From positions 21,077 through 85,076 of the forward strand of contig ONDF01000008.1 of assembly GCA_900316525.1 (NCBI GenBank): a DNA stretch of 64,000 bases. The letters are read 5' to 3'. The DNA is from an uncultured Bacteroidales bacterium (lineage in GTDB: Bacteria; Bacteroidota; Bacteroidia; Bacteroidales; UBA932). The stretch's first letter is position 1. The number at the start of each line of letters is the position of its first letter. Positions 59,268-64,000 of the stretch are shown here, piece after piece. Below the pieces are notes generated by a model. The model saw only the letters and a program-made list of their open reading frames with translations, had not been told where the DNA came from and made no database searches. The translations under genes and the position numbers were made by a program.

Positions 59268-62090
59268 ATGAAATTACGCAATATACTTATAATCAGCCTG
59301 TTGGGATTCTGCGCGGCTCCGTTTGCCGCCCACGCCCAGATCGCGCTGCCCGACAAGAAGGCGCAGACGGTGGATTTGGGCTACGGCGTCGAGCAGTCTG
59401 AATTCCTGACGACGGCGGCGACCTACACCATCACCGCCGAAGAGCTGCGCCGCACGTCGGCCATCAGCCTCGCCGACGCGCTCTATGGCAAGCTCCTGGG
59501 CCTGAACGCCTTCCAGAACACCGGCTTCAAGGGCGAGGAAGGCCGCGGCGCGAGCTTCAACATCCGCGGCGCCCAGACCACCGGCGAGACCGACATCCTC
59601 ATCCTGGTCGACGGCCAGGAGCGTCCGATCGACCGCCTTTCCGTGGAGGAAGTGGAGAGCGTGACCGTCCTCCGCGACGCCGCCGCCGTGGCCCTGTACG
59701 GCCACGAAGGCATCAACGGCGTCCTCCTCGTGAAGACCAAGCGCGGCGTCGCCGACAGCGGTTTCCACATCAAGGTCGGCGCGTCCCGCAAGATCCAGTT
59801 CGACCCCTACAAGGCCCCGATGGTGGGCGAGTATGACTGCCTTCCTTCGATTGCGCGCGAACCCGCGCAGATGTATGCCTATGCGCTGAATGTTGCCCGC
59901 GCGAACGACGGCCTCGCCGCCGCCTATTCCGCCGACGAGGTCCGGAAGTTCCGCGACGGCACCGACCCGTACGTGTACCCGGACATCGACTGGAAGAACG
60001 AGGTGTTCAAGAACACCGCCAGCGAGACGAACGGTTTCATCTCGATGTACGGCGGTTCCGACAAGGTGGAATACTACACCCAGCTCGACTACACCGACGC
60101 CAGCGGCCTGTACAAGAACCCCGACCAGGGCGATTGGAACTCCCAGCTGCGCTACTCCAAGGCGAACATCCGCACGAACGTGGACTTCCAGGTGACCAGC
60201 ACCACGAAGGTCCGCACGAACATCTTCGCCCTGTTCATGGAGACCAACGGCGTTCCGAACATCAACTCCAACGACGCCTGGTGGCATCTGTACAAGGTGC
60301 CGGCCCTCGCGTTCCCGATCAAGACCTATGGCGACATCTGGGGCGGCAGCCAGACCTACGGCGACTTCAACCTCGTCGCCAAGGCGACCGGCACCGGCTT
60401 CACCAAGACCCACCAGCGCCAGATCTGGGCCGACCTGACCCTCATCCAGGACCTCGACTTCATCCTGGAAGGCCTGAAGTTCTACGCCGGCGGCGCCTAC
60501 GACAACGCCTCCAACACCATCGAGAACCGCCGCAAGGGCTACCAGTACGGCTGGAACTGGTATGACGCGAACAACGTCATGCAGGAGACCGTGATGGGTA
60601 CCGTGGAGGACAAGCTCGTGTTCAACTACTATGTGGATTCCCAGTGGCGTGTGGGCACGGTCAACACCGGCTTCCAGTATGCGACCCAGTTCGGCAACGG
60701 CGACCACTTCTCCGCCAATGCCGGCTACAACATGAAGAGCGAGATCCGCGACGAACGGAGCCACACCTGGTACCGCGCCAACTGGACCCTCGCCACGCAC
60801 TATGACCACGCCGACCGGTTCATGTGGGATCTCGTCCTCGCCGCGAACGGTTCCAACCGTTCCTACCCGGCGAAGTGGGCGTTCTCCCCGACCACGGCCT
60901 TCGGTTTCATCTATGCCAACGACCCCGACGCGAACTTCCTGAACTACGGTAAGCTCCGTCTCTCCGCCGGTATCCAGCACACGGACTACGTTCCCGCGAA
61001 CGGCCTGTGGCTCGACCGCTGGGACGCCTCCCACGGCCAGTTCTGGTATGGCGAGAAGTTCGGCAACTCCTGGGGCGCCTTCCTGACCCAGTTCCCGACC
61101 AAGGACTTCCGCCAGGAAGCGGCCTACAAGGCCAATCTGGGTACGGACGTGCGGATCGCGAACAGCCTTGACGTCACCGTCGACGCATTCTATCAGCAGC
61201 GCCGGAACATCCTCGTGAGCGCAGGCTCCCTGAACTCCGAGGTCGTGGGTATCCAGTCCTCCTATGACGACAAGGGCCGCGTGGCCAGCTACGGCGTGGA
61301 AGCCGGCCTGCGTTACGCGAAGACCTTCGCCAACGGGCTCAGCCTCTTCGCCGGCGCCAACGGCTCCTTCGTGAAGAGCAAGATCCTCGAGTGGATCGAG
61401 ACCCCGGCTTATCCGAACCTCTCCGTCATCGGCACGCCCGCCGACGCCGCGCGCGGCCTCGTCTCCCTGGGCTTCTTCCAGAACCAGGCGGAGATCGAGT
61501 CCAGCCCGCTGCAGGAGTTCGGCCAGGTCAAGGTCGGTGACATCAAGTACAAGGATGTCAACGGAGACGGCGTCATCAACGAGAACGACGCTGTCGCGAT
61601 GGATTGGGGCCAGGCCTTCCCGGCCCTGAACTACGGCTTCAACCTGGGCTTCGAATACAAGGGCTTCGGCATGAACGCCTACTTCCAGGGCGCCGCCCTC
61701 CAGACCAAGAACATCATGTATGTGGACGGTGTTTGGGGCGCCCTCTCCGACAACCGGGGCCTCTCTTCCGAGTACTACAACAACTGCTTCGACATCCTGG
61801 GCGCGGACGCCATCTATCCGCGCATGTCCACCACGAGCGTGGCCAACAACAACCGGGCTTCCACCACTTGGTTCCGCACGGTCCAGTGGCTCAAGCTGCG
61901 CGACTGCGAGGTCTATTACCGGATCCCCGCTTCCGTGCTCGGCCGCGTGAAGGTCTCGGATGCGAAACTGTTCGTCCAGGGCCAGAACCTGCTGTCCTTC
62001 GACAATGTCCCCGCCATGGATGCCGAGAACCTGAACACGGGCTATCCCGTGATGAAGGCGGTCAACATGGGCCTTTCTGTGATCTTCTAA
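59268..62090 (+). CDS. SusC-like TonB-dependent transporter, short form lacking the CarboxypepD_reg-like domain
   Basis: The signal peptide is followed directly by the plug (TVDLGYGVEQSE...ILILVDGQERP...LRDAAAVALYGHEGINGVLLVKTKRG). Paralogue of 21440..24184. Confidence 0.9.
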   Translation: MKLRNILIISLLGFCAAPFAAHAQIALPDKKAQTVDLGYGVEQSEFLTTAATYTITAEELRRTSAISLADALYGKLLGLNAFQNTGFKGEEGRGASFNIRGAQTTGETDILILVDGQERPIDRLSVEEVESVTVLRDAAAVALYGHEGINGVLLVKTKRGVADSGFHIKVGASRKIQFDPYKAPMVGEYDCLPSIAREPAQMYAYALNVARANDGLAAAYSADEVRKFRDGTDPYVYPDIDWKNEVFKNTASETNGFISMYGGSDKVEYYTQLDYTDASGLYKNPDQGDWNSQLRYSKANIRTNVDFQVTSTTKVRTNIFALFMETNGVPNINSNDAWWHLYKVPALAFPIKTYGDIWGGSQTYGDFNLVAKATGTGFTKTHQRQIWADLTLIQDLDFILEGLKFYAGGAYDNASNTIENRRKGYQYGWNWYDANNVMQETVMGTVEDKLVFNYYVDSQWRVGTVNTGFQYATQFGNGDHFSANAGYNMKSEIRDERSHTWYRANWTLATHYDHADRFMWDLVLAANGSNRSYPAKWAFSPTTAFGFIYANDPDANFLNYGKLRLSAGIQHTDYVPANGLWLDRWDASHGQFWYGEKFGNSWGAFLTQFPTKDFRQEAAYKANLGTDVRIANSLDVTVDAFYQQRRNILVSAGSLNSEVVGIQSSYDDKGRVASYGVEAGLRYAKTFANGLSLFAGANGSFVKSKILEWIETPAYPNLSVIGTPADAARGLVSLGFFQNQAEIESSPLQEFGQVKVGDIKYKDVNGDGVINENDAVAMDWGQAFPALNYGFNLGFEYKGFGMNAYFQGAALQTKNIMYVDGVWGALSDNRGLSSEYYNNCFDILGADAIYPRMSTTSVANNNRASTTWFRTVQWLKLRDCEVYYRIPASVLGRVKVSDAKLFVQGQNLLSFDNVPAMDAENLNTGYPVMKAVNMGLSVIF

Positions 62091-62102
62091 ACGGAACGCA
62101 TT

Positions 62103-63779
62103 ATGAAACTTGATAGAATCTTCCTATTCATTCTCGCCTGCCTGATTCCGGCCGCGTGCGCGGACCTCGACTACAGTGAGGAGAACACCCGCGATGAGGA
62201 GTGGACCTACGAGTACTTCGAGAATGGTATCAAGAACATGGTCTTCGACCTGTATGCGCAAGTCTACAACAACGAGTTCGAGAACAACAGCGCCTACTTC
62301 CTCGCCGGCGCGACCGACGAGGCCATGTACGCGCTGGAGACCGGCGCCGTCAACAACTACGTGAACGGTGGCTGGAGCGCCGCGAACCCCTATTCCCGCA
62401 CCTGGTCCAAGTGCTACACCGCCATCGCCGACGCGAACATGTTCCTCGAGAAGTTCGACCAGGCCGACATCACGGAGTGGCAGTACAACCCGGATTACCG
62501 CATCTGGGTCCAGCAGCTGGAACTCTTCCCGTATGAGGCGCGGTTCCTCCGGGCTTACTTCTACTTCGAGCTGCTGCGCTCCTACGGCGACGTTCCGCTC
62601 GTGACCACGACCCTCACCAACGCGCAGGCCAACAGCGTCACCCGCACCCCGGCCGACCAGATCGTGAAGTTCATCGTCGACGAGATCGACGAGATCGCCT
62701 CGCACCTGCCGGTCACCTACCAGACCGAGGTGAACAGCGAGATCGGCCGCGCGACCCGCGTCGCCGCCTATGCGCTGAAGGCCCGCACGCTGCTCTATGC
62801 AGCGTCCCCGCTCTTCAACACGTCGAACGACAAGTCCAAGTGGGCGAAGGCCGCCGAGGCCTGCAAGTTCATCCTGGACAACGCCGACGCCTGGGGCCTG
62901 AAACTCAGCAACTACGGTTCCCTGTGGGGCCACGACGCGTTCTACAATCCGGAGCTCATCTTCGGCCTGGGCCGCGGCGATTTCAACTCCTTCGAAATGG
63001 CGAACTACCCGGTGGGCGTCGAGAACGGTTCTTCCGGCAACTGCCCGACGCAAAGCTTCGTGGACCAGTACGAGTATCAGGACAATGGCGAGACCTTCGC
63101 CCAGCGCTATCCCGGCAGCATCGACCTCCGCACGGTCAATCCGTACGAGGGCCTGGACCCGCGCTTCGCGCTCACCGTCGTCCGCAACGGCGACGAATGG
63201 CCCACGAACGGCGCCCAGAAGAAGGCGATCGAGATCTTCCGGGGCGGTTTCAACGCGGCGCCCAAGTACGGCGCCACGCCCACCGGCTACTACCTGAAGA
63301 AGTATGTGGACGGCGCCTGCGTCACGACCGCTGACAACCAGACCACCCGCCGCCACACGTGGATCCTCTTCCGCCTGGGCGAGTTCTACCTGGACTATGC
63401 CGAGGCCGTGTACAACGCCACGGGCAGCGCGAACAACGCCGCGTACGGCCTGACGGCCAACGAGGCCATCAACGTGCTCCGCAAGCGCGCGAGCGTCAAC
63501 ATGCCGGAGTTCACCGAGGACGGCGAAGCCTGGGTCGCGCGCTACGAGCGCGAGCGCATGGTGGAGCTCGCCTTCGAGAACCACCGCTTCTGGGACGTCC
63601 GCCGCTGGAAGAAGGGCCCGCAGTATTTCCGCACCATCCAGGTGGCCGAAATCAGCCCGTCCCTCCTGCTCACCCGCGCTACCGTCAACCGTCAGTGGGA
63701 TGACAAGTACTACTTCTATCCCATTCCGATGTCTGAACTGAAGAAGAACGCCAACCTGGCCCAGAATCCGGGGTGGTGA
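62103..63779 (+). CDS. SusD/RagB family lipoprotein
   Basis: Lipobox LIPAACA. C-terminal YFYPIPMSELKKNANLAQNPGW. Confidence 0.9.
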   Translation: MKLDRIFLFILACLIPAACADLDYSEENTRDEEWTYEYFENGIKNMVFDLYAQVYNNEFENNSAYFLAGATDEAMYALETGAVNNYVNGGWSAANPYSRTWSKCYTAIADANMFLEKFDQADITEWQYNPDYRIWVQQLELFPYEARFLRAYFYFELLRSYGDVPLVTTTLTNAQANSVTRTPADQIVKFIVDEIDEIASHLPVTYQTEVNSEIGRATRVAAYALKARTLLYAASPLFNTSNDKSKWAKAAEACKFILDNADAWGLKLSNYGSLWGHDAFYNPELIFGLGRGDFNSFEMANYPVGVENGSSGNCPTQSFVDQYEYQDNGETFAQRYPGSIDLRTVNPYEGLDPRFALTVVRNGDEWPTNGAQKKAIEIFRGGFNAAPKYGATPTGYYLKKYVDGACVTTADNQTTRRHTWILFRLGEFYLDYAEAVYNATGSANNAAYGLTANEAINVLRKRASVNMPEFTEDGEAWVARYERERMVELAFENHRFWDVRRWKKGPQYFRTIQVAEISPSLLLTRATVNRQWDDKYYFYPIPMSELKKNANLAQNPGW

Positions 63780-63805
63780 AACGACAAGCAATAAGGATTT
63801 AAGAT

Positions 63806-64000
63806 ATGAAGAAAATATTCAAATTTTTCGGATTGATCCTGTCGATGGTCCTTGTCGGCGCCCTCGCGTCCTGTAACAAGGAAGGCGGCAGCGAATCGGC
63901 CGATCTGGGGCTGCACATCAAGGTGTTCTTCCCCACCAAGGTGGTCGCCGGCCAGCCGATGACCATCAACGGCTCCGGCTTCTCGGACGTGACCGAGGTC
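63806..64000 (+). CDS. lipoprotein, N-terminal part (IPT/TIG-like first domain), runs off window
   Basis: MKKIFKFFGLILSMVLVGALASCNK lipobox. ...FFPTKVVAGQPMTINGSGFSDVTEV resembles an IPT/TIG domain start. Confidence 0.6.
   Translation, partial: MKKIFKFFGLILSMVLVGALASCNKEGGSESADLGLHIKVFFPTKVVAGQPMTINGSGFSDVTEV

Overview
High-GC Bacteroidota (Bacteroidales-like) chromosomal segment, judged from SusC/SusD pairs, lipoprotein signals and TAnnTTTG promoter boxes. Layout: (1) 1-5.6 kb holds the dnaE 3' part, a PurM/ThiL-like gene and two tandem TonB paralogues. (2) 5.7-38.7 kb is a glycan utilisation locus that looks N-glycan/host-glycan oriented. It has divergent operons: GH20, a XylR/AraC-type regulator and a histidine phosphatase on the minus strand, and ROK kinase, GH2 and alkaline phosphatase on the plus strand. 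A tightly packed ~21 kb, 11-gene plus-strand unit follows: GH18, susC/susD, a short susC'/susD', four surface lipoproteins and a GH18::SdiA-regulated-like fusion, then a terminator and GH97. (3) 38.7-45.2 kb holds miscellaneous genes: carboxylesterase, DUF2807, YcaQ/AlkZ-like, DUF1593, an NDT-like protein and a membrane-anchored HIRAN protein. (4) ~45.2-52.9 kb is a visibly lower-GC accessory island. It carries DUF2200, hipBA, and a divergent pair made of a membrane-anchored HelD-like SF1 helicase with a Zn ribbon and a DUF2075 nuclease/P-loop protein. That pair is bracketed by two inverted copies of a ~175-nt conserved long-hairpin element, one of which sits inside a 28-nt hairpin whose empty form lies between the two genes. 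A candidate small RNA and a REP-like palindrome cluster follow. (5) 53.4-64 kb is a second PUL with the same susC/susD/susC'/susD' architecture. The most interesting region is the structured-repeat-bracketed helicase/nuclease cassette next to hipBA, which is a candidate defence module. I cannot show that it is novel without database searches. The many long antisense ORFs are high-GC artefacts.
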